DNA of 64,000 bases from contig CBDAON010000004.1 of assembly GCA_965198065.1 (NCBI GenBank), forward strand, positions 2,528,001-2,592,000. The letters run 5' to 3'. This DNA is from Longimicrobiales bacterium (GTDB lineage: Bacteria > Gemmatimonadota > Gemmatimonadetes > Longimicrobiales > Gaopeijiaceae). A program made the position numbers and the translations under genes. This document shows positions 37,262 to 46,190 of this stretch, piece by piece. Numbering within the stretch: the stretch's first letter is position 1; every line of letters begins with the position of its first letter. The notes beneath the pieces were generated by a model that made no database searches, was not told the DNA's origin, and was given only the letters and a program-made list of their open reading frames with translations.

Positions 37262-37717
37262 CTATCGGAATATGCTTGTGACGAGAATCGCGCCCTGGTC
37301 ATGCCCGGTCCCGTAGCGCGTGGTCGCCTCCCCCGCGCTCAGGTACCGCATCTCCCGGATGTTCGTCGAGTCGATACTCCGCAGGATGTTGTTTCCACTA
37401 GTGGCGGGGAGATCGACCGTGCCGAATCGGGCCCCGTCGAGGTAGACGACGAGAGCGGTCGCCTGGCCGCCCGTGATGAACGAGCCTGTACCCCGGGGCC
37501 GGAGCCAGAGGGACCGGAGGCGCGACACCACAAAGTAGGCGTCGGCCGCAGTGTCCGAGATCTCCTCGATCTGGGCCGCCGTAATGACGTTCGAGCCGGA
37601 CCCGCCGCCACCGCCGCCGCCGGTTCCGGCGGCGCACCCGGCGATCACCACGGCAAGCGAAACAGCGAGGGCCGGTGGAAAGAGAGGGGCAATGCGCCCC
37701 CGGCGACGGAAGAACAT
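37262..37717 (-). CDS. Small lipoprotein with a stand-alone TonB plug-like domain
   Basis: Lipobox IAGC, Gly linker, NVITAAQI, VVYLDG, IREMRYLSAGEATTRYGTGH..GAILVT. Confidence 0.7.
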   Translation of the reverse strand: MFFRRRGRIAPLFPPALAVSLAVVIAGCAAGTGGGGGGGSGSNVITAAQIEEISDTAADAYFVVSRLRSLWLRPRGTGSFITGGQATALVVYLDGARFGTVDLPATSGNNILRSIDSTNIREMRYLSAGEATTRYGTGHDQGAILVTSIFR

Positions 37718-38066
37718 GGGACCTCCCAGGCCTGGGATGGAAGCAGGCGGGTAGACACATCCGATACCGGGCGTCACCAGTTAAGGTTCCGCCGGAGGCG
37801 GCCCGGGGCAAGGGGCTCGGCAGGTGGCGCGTGGATGCGGGAGTCCGGGGCCCGGAGGGATGGGGCTGCCTCGTCCTCCGGAGAGGCGCCCGCAGGGTCA
37901 CCGAGCGCGCACGGCGAGCCCCTTCAGGTAGCTTCCCTCGGGGAAGGCGAGCGAGCGCTTCCACGATCTCTGCGCACCAGCGCTCGGCGCCCGCGCTCAG
38001 GGATTCGCAGACGAACGCGGAGCCGGCGGGGCGATCGGCCGTGGGTTGACCCACTGCCCAAGCGAT

Positions 38067-39029
38067 CTATCGCGGAAGCACCGCCTCCGTTGGAGTCCCT
38101 TCCCGGACGATCCGGAGCCGGATCGGCTCCCCTGGCTCCGGCCGCACGCCCTGGCGATCGAAGAGGGGAATCGACGGGGCCCATACGGCTCTCGCCATGA
38201 CCTCTCGGACCTCGTCGATCGTCGTCACGGGCTCGTCGTCCACTGCCATGATCACGTCCCCCGGGCGAAGGTCCGCCTCGTCGGCCGGACTGCCGTCGGC
38301 GACCGAGACGATCAGCACTCCCTCGGCCACGTCGAAGTAGCTCCCGAGTGTGGCGTTCACGTCGACGAGCTCGGCGCCCGCCACCGCGCGCTGGCCGATG
38401 AGGAGGGGCGTGAGGGAGAGTGACTGCGGCCACCCGGCCCCCCACACGAGGGAGGGGCGATCTCCACTGCCAGGGACGTAGGCAAAGGGGATGTCGGGGG
38501 GCGGAGGTGGGTTGCCGGGGGAGCCGAAGGGGACCGTGCCCGTGCCGAAGCCGAGCCAGTCCGGGCCGACCCAGAGACCTCCGAGGCCGTCCAGCCCCTG
38601 CGCTCGGAGCGTGTCCCCGAACCGGCGGTACTCCTCCAGGAGCCGGGCGCGGACCTCCTCGATCTGCTGCCGCTGGGTCTGGCTCTGCTGCCTCTGGGTC
38701 TGGGCCTGCTGGCTCTGCTGCCTCTGAGCTTGGGTCAGGTCGCGCTGCGCGTCGCGCATCCTCGCCGACTGTTCGTAGAGCGCCTCACGGAGAGCGTCGA
38801 GCTCCGTTCTCCGACTCTCGTTCACCCGCTCGATTGCGGCCATTTGCTCCTCGCTCAGCCGCTCAAGCAGGTCGCGAAGCAAGTCCATCTCGGTGCGAAG
38901 CTCTGTGCGGACGCGATCGGCATCTGAGCTCGCCGGCGGTGCGTCCTGAGCCTGCGAGGCCGCCGGGCCAAGGGCGACGAGCGTAAGGGCGACGAGTGAG
39001 TGTGGGACGAGCGATCGGGCGTAAATCAT
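38067..39029 (-). CDS. Exported coiled-coil plus PDZ-domain protein
   Basis: Signal peptide, Q/R/E-rich coiled coil, LGSYF.V.EGVLIVSVADGSPADEADLRPGDVI PDZ; no protease domain. Confidence 0.8.
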   Translation of the reverse strand: MIYARSLVPHSLVALTLVALGPAASQAQDAPPASSDADRVRTELRTEMDLLRDLLERLSEEQMAAIERVNESRRTELDALREALYEQSARMRDAQRDLTQAQRQQSQQAQTQRQQSQTQRQQIEEVRARLLEEYRRFGDTLRAQGLDGLGGLWVGPDWLGFGTGTVPFGSPGNPPPPPDIPFAYVPGSGDRPSLVWGAGWPQSLSLTPLLIGQRAVAGAELVDVNATLGSYFDVAEGVLIVSVADGSPADEADLRPGDVIMAVDDEPVTTIDEVREVMARAVWAPSIPLFDRQGVRPEPGEPIRLRIVREGTPTEAVLPR

Positions 39030-39958
39030 GGTGCCCCCCTTGTCGATGGGCCGGGGGCCGCGCCCCCGCCGACGAGCGAGATCCGATGGAGCGTGGCCTC
39101 CCGTTCGGCGATCGTGTTGATCATGAGTCCGTTCAGGAAGGGATCCGCGGGCGCGTTCCGTACCGCGTCTCGGGTGACCGCGAGCACGTTCCCGAGCGCC
39201 ATGTACCGGCCGACTGGGTCTCCGATCGGGGACACCCTGGTGCTCTCGAGCCGTCTCCCGTACGCGAGGAGCGCGCCGATGTAGACGTCCTCGGCCACGC
39301 GGACCAGATCGGCCGCTTCCTGGAGGGAGCCTCCGTTCGGCTCCCGTCCGGCCGTTACCCCGAGCGCGGTCCGGGGGGGCGCGGCGGCACCCGCATCCGT
39401 TGCGTCGAGCGGCTGAGACTCCGTTGGCGGCTCCCCGGACGAATCCACCGCAGGAGCCGGCGCCTCGGCAGGCTGCCCGAAGGCCAGCGGCTCCACCGCC
39501 TCGGCGCGGCCGGCAGCGGAGTCCGCGCCGCCCTCCGTCTCGAGCCCGGCGATGATCGGTACATCGGGGTCGGTTCCCGCGGACGCGACAACTTCGCGGC
39601 CCGCTCCGCGCAGGAGCCATCCGCTGGCCACCCCTGCCGCGAAGAGCGTCGCGACCGCCGCAGCCCGGAGCCAGGGTGGGGACGAAGGATGCCGCCGCCC
39701 ATCGCTTCGCGCGCCGGCGTGGGAGCGCCGGGCTGAGGCGACTCCCACGATCCCCTCTCTCCGCAGTCGCGCTTCGAGCCGTGCCCAGTCGCCCTCGGGC
39801 GGCTGGCGGGGCGGAAGGGCCGACAGCTCCCTCGTCTGCTCGACCATGGCATCCAGCTGAGCCCGACACCGCACGCATCGCGCCAGGTGGGCCCGCTCCT
39901 CTCCCGACGGCGGCTCGTCAACGAGTCTGGCGAGCGTTTCCAGGTTCAGGTGCACCAT
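39026..39958 (-). CDS. Zinc-finger (zf-HC2) transmembrane anti-sigma factor
   Basis: HLARCVRC (HxxxCxxC), one TM helix, directly downstream of the ECF sigma factor. Confidence 0.82.
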   Translation of the reverse strand: MVHLNLETLARLVDEPPSGEERAHLARCVRCRAQLDAMVEQTRELSALPPRQPPEGDWARLEARLRREGIVGVASARRSHAGARSDGRRHPSSPPWLRAAAVATLFAAGVASGWLLRGAGREVVASAGTDPDVPIIAGLETEGGADSAAGRAEAVEPLAFGQPAEAPAPAVDSSGEPPTESQPLDATDAGAAAPPRTALGVTAGREPNGGSLQEAADLVRVAEDVYIGALLAYGRRLESTRVSPIGDPVGRYMALGNVLAVTRDAVRNAPADPFLNGLMINTIAEREATLHRISLVGGGAAPGPSTRGAP

Positions 39959-40548
39959 GCTTCCACTCCTTCGTTGTCGCGGGAGCCACCGTCCCGGAGA
40001 GAGCCCTCCTCCCCTAGGATCTCCCTCATCTTCGCCCTCGCCTTGAAAAGCTGGGACTTGGAGGTCCCGGCCGTCACGCCGAGCGCCGCTCCGATTTCCT
40101 CATGCGTGTGACCCTCCACGTCGTGGAGAACCAGGACCTTCCGCATTCCGTCGGCCAGCCGGTCCAGCGCGGCGTCCAGCCTACGGTCGAGCAGGACGTC
40201 CCCCACCGCCGGCGCCTCCGCGACGACTTCGGAGGTGATTGCCTCTCGCCTCGCCCTCCGCTCGTCCTGGCGGCTCAACTGGATCGCGGCGTTCACCGCG
40301 ATGCGATGCAGCCATGAGGAGAAGCGGGCGTCACCCTGGAATGACGGAAGGGCACGCAGCACGCGAATCCAGGTCTCTTGTGCACAGTCGCACGCCACGT
40401 CGTGATCCCCGGTGATACGCCGAGCCACCGTGAAGACCAGTGACGCGTGCTGGTCGTAAAGCTCCCGTATCGCTTCGGGGTTGCCTCCGGCGGCCCGCTC
40501 GACGAGCCTGGCTTCCGTCATCCGGCTCCTTGGCGGCGATGCGATCAT
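39946..40548 (-). CDS. ECF RNA polymerase sigma factor
   Basis: AQETWIR, F.GDARFSSWLHRIAVN, VLVLHDVEGHTHEEIG..LG...GTSKSQLFKAR; alternative start at 40521. Confidence 0.93.
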   Translation of the reverse strand: MIASPPRSRMTEARLVERAAGGNPEAIRELYDQHASLVFTVARRITGDHDVACDCAQETWIRVLRALPSFQGDARFSSWLHRIAVNAAIQLSRQDERRARREAITSEVVAEAPAVGDVLLDRRLDAALDRLADGMRKVLVLHDVEGHTHEEIGAALGVTAGTSKSQLFKARAKMREILGEEGSLRDGGSRDNEGVEAWCT

Positions 40549-40594
40549 GCGACGCCGACTACGCGATCATGCCGCATCGTCAATACGATCATGC
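40542..40594. repeat. Three CGATCATGC direct repeats at exact 22-bp spacing
   Basis: Copies start at 40542, 40564 and 40586. Confidence 0.85.
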
Positions 40595-40974
40595 CACGCC
40601 CCGCGTCCGGGTTACGCCGTCGACCGAAGGGCACCCGCCGCCCGAGGTACCGCGCTTCCCTCGGCTCGCCGGCTCCTGAATACCTGACGCCACCGTGGGG
40701 TGGGAGGGTTGCCCAGGGGGGCCCGCTCGGTGAGTTCGGATTCGGTCACGCTGCGCTTCGAGTCCTCGCCCGCGCCAGCCCCACTACTCACCCGATCGGG
40801 TGCGATAGCGCAGACGAGGTTCGCACGGTCGTCATGGGGCAACTTCTCATTTCGATGGATACCCCTCGCTGGTTCCATAACGGCCACTTGCTCATCGGTC
40901 CGCCCCCTTTCCGCCATCGGGCGAGCGAGTATGATGAAGTGGTCGACCGGCACCCCCTCATGGAGTCCCCGATC

Positions 40975-42249
40975 ATGCTCCCGCTCCCGACTGCCCTCGT
41001 TACCGCCGTTCTCCTTCTCGGATTCGGGCTGCCGCCCGGATTCGGGCCGGCGTCCACATTTGGGCCGATACCCGCGTTTGCCCAGGTGGGGCTGCCGCGC
41101 GTCGCTCCGGAGGTCGTCCGCATATCTGCCGCGGGACTCGAAGACGTGACCGAGGCGCTCGAGGCTGCCGTCGCCCAGGGTCGGATCGCGGGTGCCGTCG
41201 TGGGCGTCGCACGGATGGGGGGCATCCCTCACCTGCAAGCGGTCGGGGTCCAGGACTTGGCCACCGGGGCGCCGATGACGGAGCGGTCCCTCTTCCGCAT
41301 CTATTCGATGACGAGGGCCGTGACGTCCGTGGCCGCGATGATCCTCTGGGAGGAGGGGCGCTTCGAGCTCGATGACCCGGTGTCGGATTACATCCCGCAG
41401 TTCGCGAACGTGTACGTGCTCGATTCGCCGGCGGGACCGCCCCGGTCACCGAGCCGCCCGATCACGGTGCGCGACCTGATGCTCAACACCTCCGGGCTCA
41501 GCCCCCGGACGTCCGCCTTGTATCGAGACGCCGAGGTCCGACGCCGTGACATCCCGATGCGTCAGTTCATCGGGAACCTGGTCGCGGTCCCTCTCATGGA
41601 AGATCCGGGGACCCGGTATCGGTACAGCGAGTCTGCCACGGTCCTGGGTGCGTTGATCGAGATCTGGTCAGGGCGCCCACTGGATGAGTTCATGCAGGAG
41701 CGCGTCTTCGGTCCGCTCGGGATGGTCGACACCGGCTTCTGGGTGCGCCCGGAGGATCAGGATCGGCTCACCACCGTGTACTCCCCAGGGCAGGGCGGTG
41801 CCCTCGAGCCGATCCAGGTTGAGGAGGTCCCGTTCACGGAGCGGCCCGCCCTCCTCGAGGGCGCCGTCGGTCTGGTCTCGACCGTGCCCGATTTCCTGCG
41901 CTTCAGCCAGATGCTCCTGAACTTTGGTGAGCTCGGCGGCACGCGGGTGCTCAGGACGGAGACGGTGGCCAGGATCACGAGCAACGGGCTCTCCGACGCG
42001 GTGCTCGAGGCGCGTTCTGGGACGACGGGATGGGGGCTCGGGAACGTGAACGTCGTGATGGATCGGTACGCTCTCGATTATCCCACGAACGTGGGGGAGT
42101 ACACTTGGAACGGATCGGTGGGGGGGATCTTCTGGAACGATCCGACCGAGAACCTCTCCATCGTGCTCATGTGGCAGAATCGGCCCGCGAATCCGGACCG
42201 TCTCCGGCAGAGCGTGAAGACGCTCGTCTACGAGGCGCTCCTGGACTGA
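40975..42249 (+). CDS. Serine hydrolase, beta-lactamase class C/esterase family
   Basis: Signal peptide, FRIYSMTR, LDDPVSDYIP.F, ITVRDLM.NTSGL, PGTRYRYS, PLGMVDTGF, GLVST..DFLRF. Confidence 0.88.
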   Translation: MLPLPTALVTAVLLLGFGLPPGFGPASTFGPIPAFAQVGLPRVAPEVVRISAAGLEDVTEALEAAVAQGRIAGAVVGVARMGGIPHLQAVGVQDLATGAPMTERSLFRIYSMTRAVTSVAAMILWEEGRFELDDPVSDYIPQFANVYVLDSPAGPPRSPSRPITVRDLMLNTSGLSPRTSALYRDAEVRRRDIPMRQFIGNLVAVPLMEDPGTRYRYSESATVLGALIEIWSGRPLDEFMQERVFGPLGMVDTGFWVRPEDQDRLTTVYSPGQGGALEPIQVEEVPFTERPALLEGAVGLVSTVPDFLRFSQMLLNFGELGGTRVLRTETVARITSNGLSDAVLEARSGTTGWGLGNVNVVMDRYALDYPTNVGEYTWNGSVGGIFWNDPTENLSIVLMWQNRPANPDRLRQSVKTLVYEALLD

Positions 42250-42307
42250 GGAGTGGCCCGGGCTGGTTGGAACCCCGGGGAACGAGACCGGAGGGGAGCC
42301 GGAGGGG

Positions 42308-43231
42308 ATGCGGGTCCTCGTTGCCGGATGCGGATACGTTGGAGCCGAGCTGGGCGGGCGGCTCGGGCGATCGGGTCACGAGGTCTGGGGCCTTCGGCGT
42401 GACCCCAGCGGCCTTCCCCCGCCCATCCGGGGGGTCCGAGCGGATCTGACCGCCGCTCGGGACCTGTCGGCGCTCGCCTCCGGCCAGTTGGACCGTGAGC
42501 GGGGCGGCTCGGAGGACGCTGACCCGGGCAGGTCGCCGGCCTCGTTCCTGTCCGGAATCGATCGGGTCGTTTACGCCGCGGCTCCCGACGACTCGACCCC
42601 GGCCGCGTACCGCGCCACGTACGTCGAGGGAGCGCGAAACCTCCTCGATGCCCTCATAACGACCGCCCCTCCCGTCCGGCGATTCTTGTTCGTTTCCAGC
42701 ACGGCGGTCTGGGGTGATGCGGGCGGCGGCTGGGTGGACGAGACGATCCCGACCTCGCCCGACGACTTTCGGGGGGAAATCCTGCTAGAGGCCGAGAGCC
42801 TAGTTCGCGCGGCGCCCTTCCCGTCCACGGTGCTTCGGTTGGGCGGGATTTACGGGCCCGGTCGAACGCGACTAATCGAGCGAGTACACGACGGAGAAGC
42901 TCGCTGTCCCGAGGGCGCGGTGGTCTGGTCGAATCGGGTTCACCGGGACGACGCCTCGGAAATGATTCGCCACCTCCTGGAGATGGAGAGCCCGGAGCCC
43001 GTCTATCTCGGTGTGGATGACGAGCCCGCGCCACTCTGTGACGTCTACCGCTATGTCTCGGGGCTCCTGGGGGTGCCTCCGCCGGAGCCAGGTGTAGGGG
43101 GGGGAGGCCGCTCGAACAAACGCTGCTCGAACCGGCGTATCCGGGAGTCGGGCGTCCGGCTCGGGTACCCGACCTATCGGGAAGGCTACCGGGACGTGAT
43201 CGCGCGTGCGAGGTCCAGAGCGGGAAGTTGA
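42308..43231 (+). CDS. NAD-dependent epimerase/atypical SDR (YeeZ-like)
   Basis: VLVAGCGYVG, VSSTAVWG, LRLGGIYGPGR, NRVHRDD, YPTYREG. Confidence 0.88.
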   Translation: MRVLVAGCGYVGAELGGRLGRSGHEVWGLRRDPSGLPPPIRGVRADLTAARDLSALASGQLDRERGGSEDADPGRSPASFLSGIDRVVYAAAPDDSTPAAYRATYVEGARNLLDALITTAPPVRRFLFVSSTAVWGDAGGGWVDETIPTSPDDFRGEILLEAESLVRAAPFPSTVLRLGGIYGPGRTRLIERVHDGEARCPEGAVVWSNRVHRDDASEMIRHLLEMESPEPVYLGVDDEPAPLCDVYRYVSGLLGVPPPEPGVGGGGRSNKRCSNRRIRESGVRLGYPTYREGYRDVIARARSRAGS

Positions 43232-43237
43232 GAGGGG

Positions 43238-44410
43238 TTACTGGGAGGCTGCCGCCGTCGGCGCTTCCTCATCGTCGACCATGACGGACGCGGCCGGGGA
43301 CTGGGCGAAGGGAGAGGAGAAGCCCAGCGTCGAGCAAGCGTTCCTCACGACCGAGGCGAATTCCGGCACCAGCCGGAAGGAGAGCGCCTCCCCCACCTCG
43401 TACGAGCGCGAGGGCGGCAGGTGCACGACGAGGTTTCGAACGCCTCCGTGCGCCGAGGGGATCCCCACCTCGGCCTCGAAGTGCACACCCGCGTACGTGG
43501 TCGAGAGGATCGATCCCCGGAGCGTGGCGTCTTCCTCGGGACAGGGGACGAACCCGTCGGGACGAACGGCCACGATCACCTCGGTGCCGTTCGGGAGCCC
43601 GAGCCGATCCACCCGGCAGAACGACCCGAAGTCCGTGAGGACACACCCGTCCTTGTTCTGGACCACACCCCGGAGGAGGTTCGTTCGGCCCACGAACGTC
43701 GCAACGAAGATGGATTCCGGGTGCTTGTAGATCTCCCTCGGGGGACCGACCTGCTCGATCTTCCCGTGGTTCATTACCGCAACGCGGTCCGAGATGGCCA
43801 GTGCGTCGCGCTGGTCGTGGCTGACCAGAACGCAAGTGACGCCCGTGTTCCTGAGGATGCCCACGACCTCGTCCCGGACCTGGTTTCGCAGGTGAGCGTC
43901 CAGGTTCGAGAACGGCTCGTCCATGAGGACTACCACGGGGGAGGGGGCGAGGGCCCGCGCGAGCGCGACCCGCTGCAGCTGCCCCCCGGAGAGCTCGTGC
44001 GGATATCGATCGAGCACTGATCCGAGGTCCACGATGCCGAGCACGTCCTTCGCGCGGACCTTCCGGTCCGCCCTCGGCAGATGGTCCAGCCCGAACATTA
44101 CGTTCTCTCCGACCCTGAGGTGCGGGAAGAGCGCATGGTCCTGGAAGACCATGCCCACGCCCCGTCGCTCCGGCGGAACCCAGCACCGTGGCCCGGCCAC
44201 GGCCGTTCTCCGGATCCTAACCTCCCCCGAGTCGGGCACCTCGAACCCCGCGACCAGCCGGAGCGTCGTTGTCTTTCCACATCCCGATGGACCGAGGAGC
44301 GTCAGGATCTCCCCCTCGCGAACCTCGATCGAAAGCTCGCTCACGGCCTCGACCGGACCTGGCCAGAAGCGCTTCGTCACCTTGTCGAGATGAATGACCG
44401 GAGCGGACAT
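43238..44410 (-). CDS. ABC transporter ATP-binding subunit, FbpC/PotA-like with TOBE domain
   Basis: GPSGCGKTT, VPPERRGVGMVFQD.ALFPHL, LSGGQLQRVALARAL, MDEPFSNLD. Confidence 0.9.
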   Translation of the reverse strand: MSAPVIHLDKVTKRFWPGPVEAVSELSIEVREGEILTLLGPSGCGKTTTLRLVAGFEVPDSGEVRIRRTAVAGPRCWVPPERRGVGMVFQDHALFPHLRVGENVMFGLDHLPRADRKVRAKDVLGIVDLGSVLDRYPHELSGGQLQRVALARALAPSPVVVLMDEPFSNLDAHLRNQVRDEVVGILRNTGVTCVLVSHDQRDALAISDRVAVMNHGKIEQVGPPREIYKHPESIFVATFVGRTNLLRGVVQNKDGCVLTDFGSFCRVDRLGLPNGTEVIVAVRPDGFVPCPEEDATLRGSILSTTYAGVHFEAEVGIPSAHGGVRNLVVHLPPSRSYEVGEALSFRLVPEFASVVRNACSTLGFSSPFAQSPAASVMVDDEEAPTAAASQ

Positions 44411-44504
44411 GTCCCCCTGGGAACTATGCGCGAACGGGCCCGGATGCGGACGCCCGAGCGGACCGCGATCCAGTTGAGAACGGCTATCAATTGCGCTTTC
44501 AACG

Positions 44505-46190
44505 CTACCCGGGGTGGAGGGTGGTGTCAATGAACGCCCCGCGCGGTCCGTGCTCGCGCACGAGGGCCTCGTAGTCCCGGAGCTCGTTCGCCTCCCTCCA
44601 GGCGTCCCAGCCGAGGATCTCCCGGAGGATCGCCGCGGCTTCCGGCGCCCCGGCCCAGCCTCCCCTCTCGGAGAAGAGGAGGAGGGCGAGCCGCCGGTCC
44701 ATCACGTCCGCTAGGCCGAGGGCCATGCCCCGCTCGACCGTGAGACGCACCTCCCCTCTCAGGGCAGGGACGCCCTCTCCAAGTGGCTCGAGCCACCGCG
44801 GATCCTGCTCTCCGTACTGGAGCAGAACGTCGATCTCCGTTCCGTACAGGAAGAAGAGCCTCTCGGCGATCGAGGCCTCCACGCCCCCTCGCGCGAGGGC
44901 TTTCTCCTGGCTGGCCCGAAGCGTCGGCACGTCCTCCCTCGGTGCGCCCGGGAGGGGGGCCGAGGAGGTGGCCTCGCGGCCGGGGAGCGGACGGCCCCGG
45001 GCCTCGGAGACCTTCGCCAGGATCCGGCGGGCCATAGCCCGGTACGTGGTGAGCTTCCCTCCCGCGACGGTGACGAGGCCCGGCGTGGAAGCCCAGACCT
45101 CGTCGTGACGGGACGTGTCCCGCGTGGACTTGCCCTCCTCGGCGATCAGAGGGCGGATCCCCGCCCAGGTGGCCTTCACGTCGGTCGCCTGGAGATCGGC
45201 TTCGGGGAAACACGCCCGGGTCATCTCCAGGAGGTCGTCCACATCGGCGGGACTCGCGCGCGGCCGATTCAGGTCTCCGAGGTACTCCTCGTCCGACGTT
45301 CCGACGTACACCCAGGGCCCCCTCGGCATGGCAAGCCCGCGCCGTCCACTCGGCGCCCGGAGGAAGGTGGCGGCCTTCAGGGGAAGCCGCTTTCGCTCGA
45401 GGAGGATGTGAGCCCCCTTTGAGGGAACGAGAGGCTTCGGGACTGGCAGCCCGTTTTCCTCGAGAATGCGCTCGGCCCAGGGCCCCACGGCGCTTACGGT
45501 GATCTCGGCCCGAATCTCGAGCTCGCGGTCGCCCTCGAGGTCGTGGACGAGCGCCCCTTCCACGCGTCCCCGCTTGAGCAGAAACGACTCCACCCGTGCG
45601 TAGTTCGCGACGAGGGCGCCGTGCTCGGCGGCCGACGCGACGTTTGCGAGCGTGAATCGGGCGTCGTCCGTGATGAACTCGGGATAGAGCACCGACCCCT
45701 TCAGGGGATCCCGGAGCCCGGGGACATAGCGGCGAGTCTCGGCCGGAGAGATGCGCCGGGAGCGCTCGCCACGCGGCGTTCCGGCAAAGGCGTCGAACAG
45801 CTTCAGTCCGAGCCGGACCTTGAGAAGCGATTCGCCCCCATACACCGGATACACGAACGGTAGCTCGTGCACGAGGTGGGGGGCGATGGCCCGGAGCACC
45901 GTGCGTTCCCGAGCGGATTCGCGAACGAGTCCGAGCTGGAGGTACTCGAGGTACCGCACGCCTCCGTGAATGATCTTGGAGGACCGTGACGAGGTCCCGC
46001 CAGCAAAGTCGGACTTCTCGACCAGCCCGACCCGCATCCCCCGGAGCGCCGCGTCCCTAGCCACTCCGGCCCCTGTGATTCCACCTCCCACGACGAGAAG
46101 CTCGAGGGATCCCGTCGCCATCTCTTCCAAGGCCGCCCTCCGCCCGTCCGGTGAGAGCGGGTACGGACGGGACTCTGTCCGATCAGGCAT
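44505..46190 (-). CDS. glpD: FAD-dependent glycerol-3-phosphate dehydrogenase/oxidase
   Basis: GGGITGAG.ARDAA.RG, GTSSRSSKIIHGGVRYL, TDDAR, WAGIRPL, GGKLTTYR.MA. Confidence 0.9.
   Translation of the reverse strand: MPDRTESRPYPLSPDGRRAALEEMATGSLELLVVGGGITGAGVARDAALRGMRVGLVEKSDFAGGTSSRSSKIIHGGVRYLEYLQLGLVRESARERTVLRAIAPHLVHELPFVYPVYGGESLLKVRLGLKLFDAFAGTPRGERSRRISPAETRRYVPGLRDPLKGSVLYPEFITDDARFTLANVASAAEHGALVANYARVESFLLKRGRVEGALVHDLEGDRELEIRAEITVSAVGPWAERILEENGLPVPKPLVPSKGAHILLERKRLPLKAATFLRAPSGRRGLAMPRGPWVYVGTSDEEYLGDLNRPRASPADVDDLLEMTRACFPEADLQATDVKATWAGIRPLIAEEGKSTRDTSRHDEVWASTPGLVTVAGGKLTTYRAMARRILAKVSEARGRPLPGREATSSAPLPGAPREDVPTLRASQEKALARGGVEASIAERLFFLYGTEIDVLLQYGEQDPRWLEPLGEGVPALRGEVRLTVERGMALGLADVMDRRLALLLFSERGGWAGAPEAAAILREILGWDAWREANELRDYEALVREHGPRGAFIDTTLHPG

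Noticed and set aside
38660..38735. CTGCTG-rich tandem repeat
   Set aside because: Explained by the Gln-rich coding repeat of the PDZ protein.
39030..39878. 603-aa version of the PDZ ORF
   Set aside because: The upstream part overlaps the anti-sigma gene in another frame; the real start is MIYARS at 39029.
40447..40974. N-terminal extension of the serine hydrolase ORF to 600 aa
   Set aside because: Overlaps the divergent sigma gene; signal peptide and RBS point to a start near 40975.
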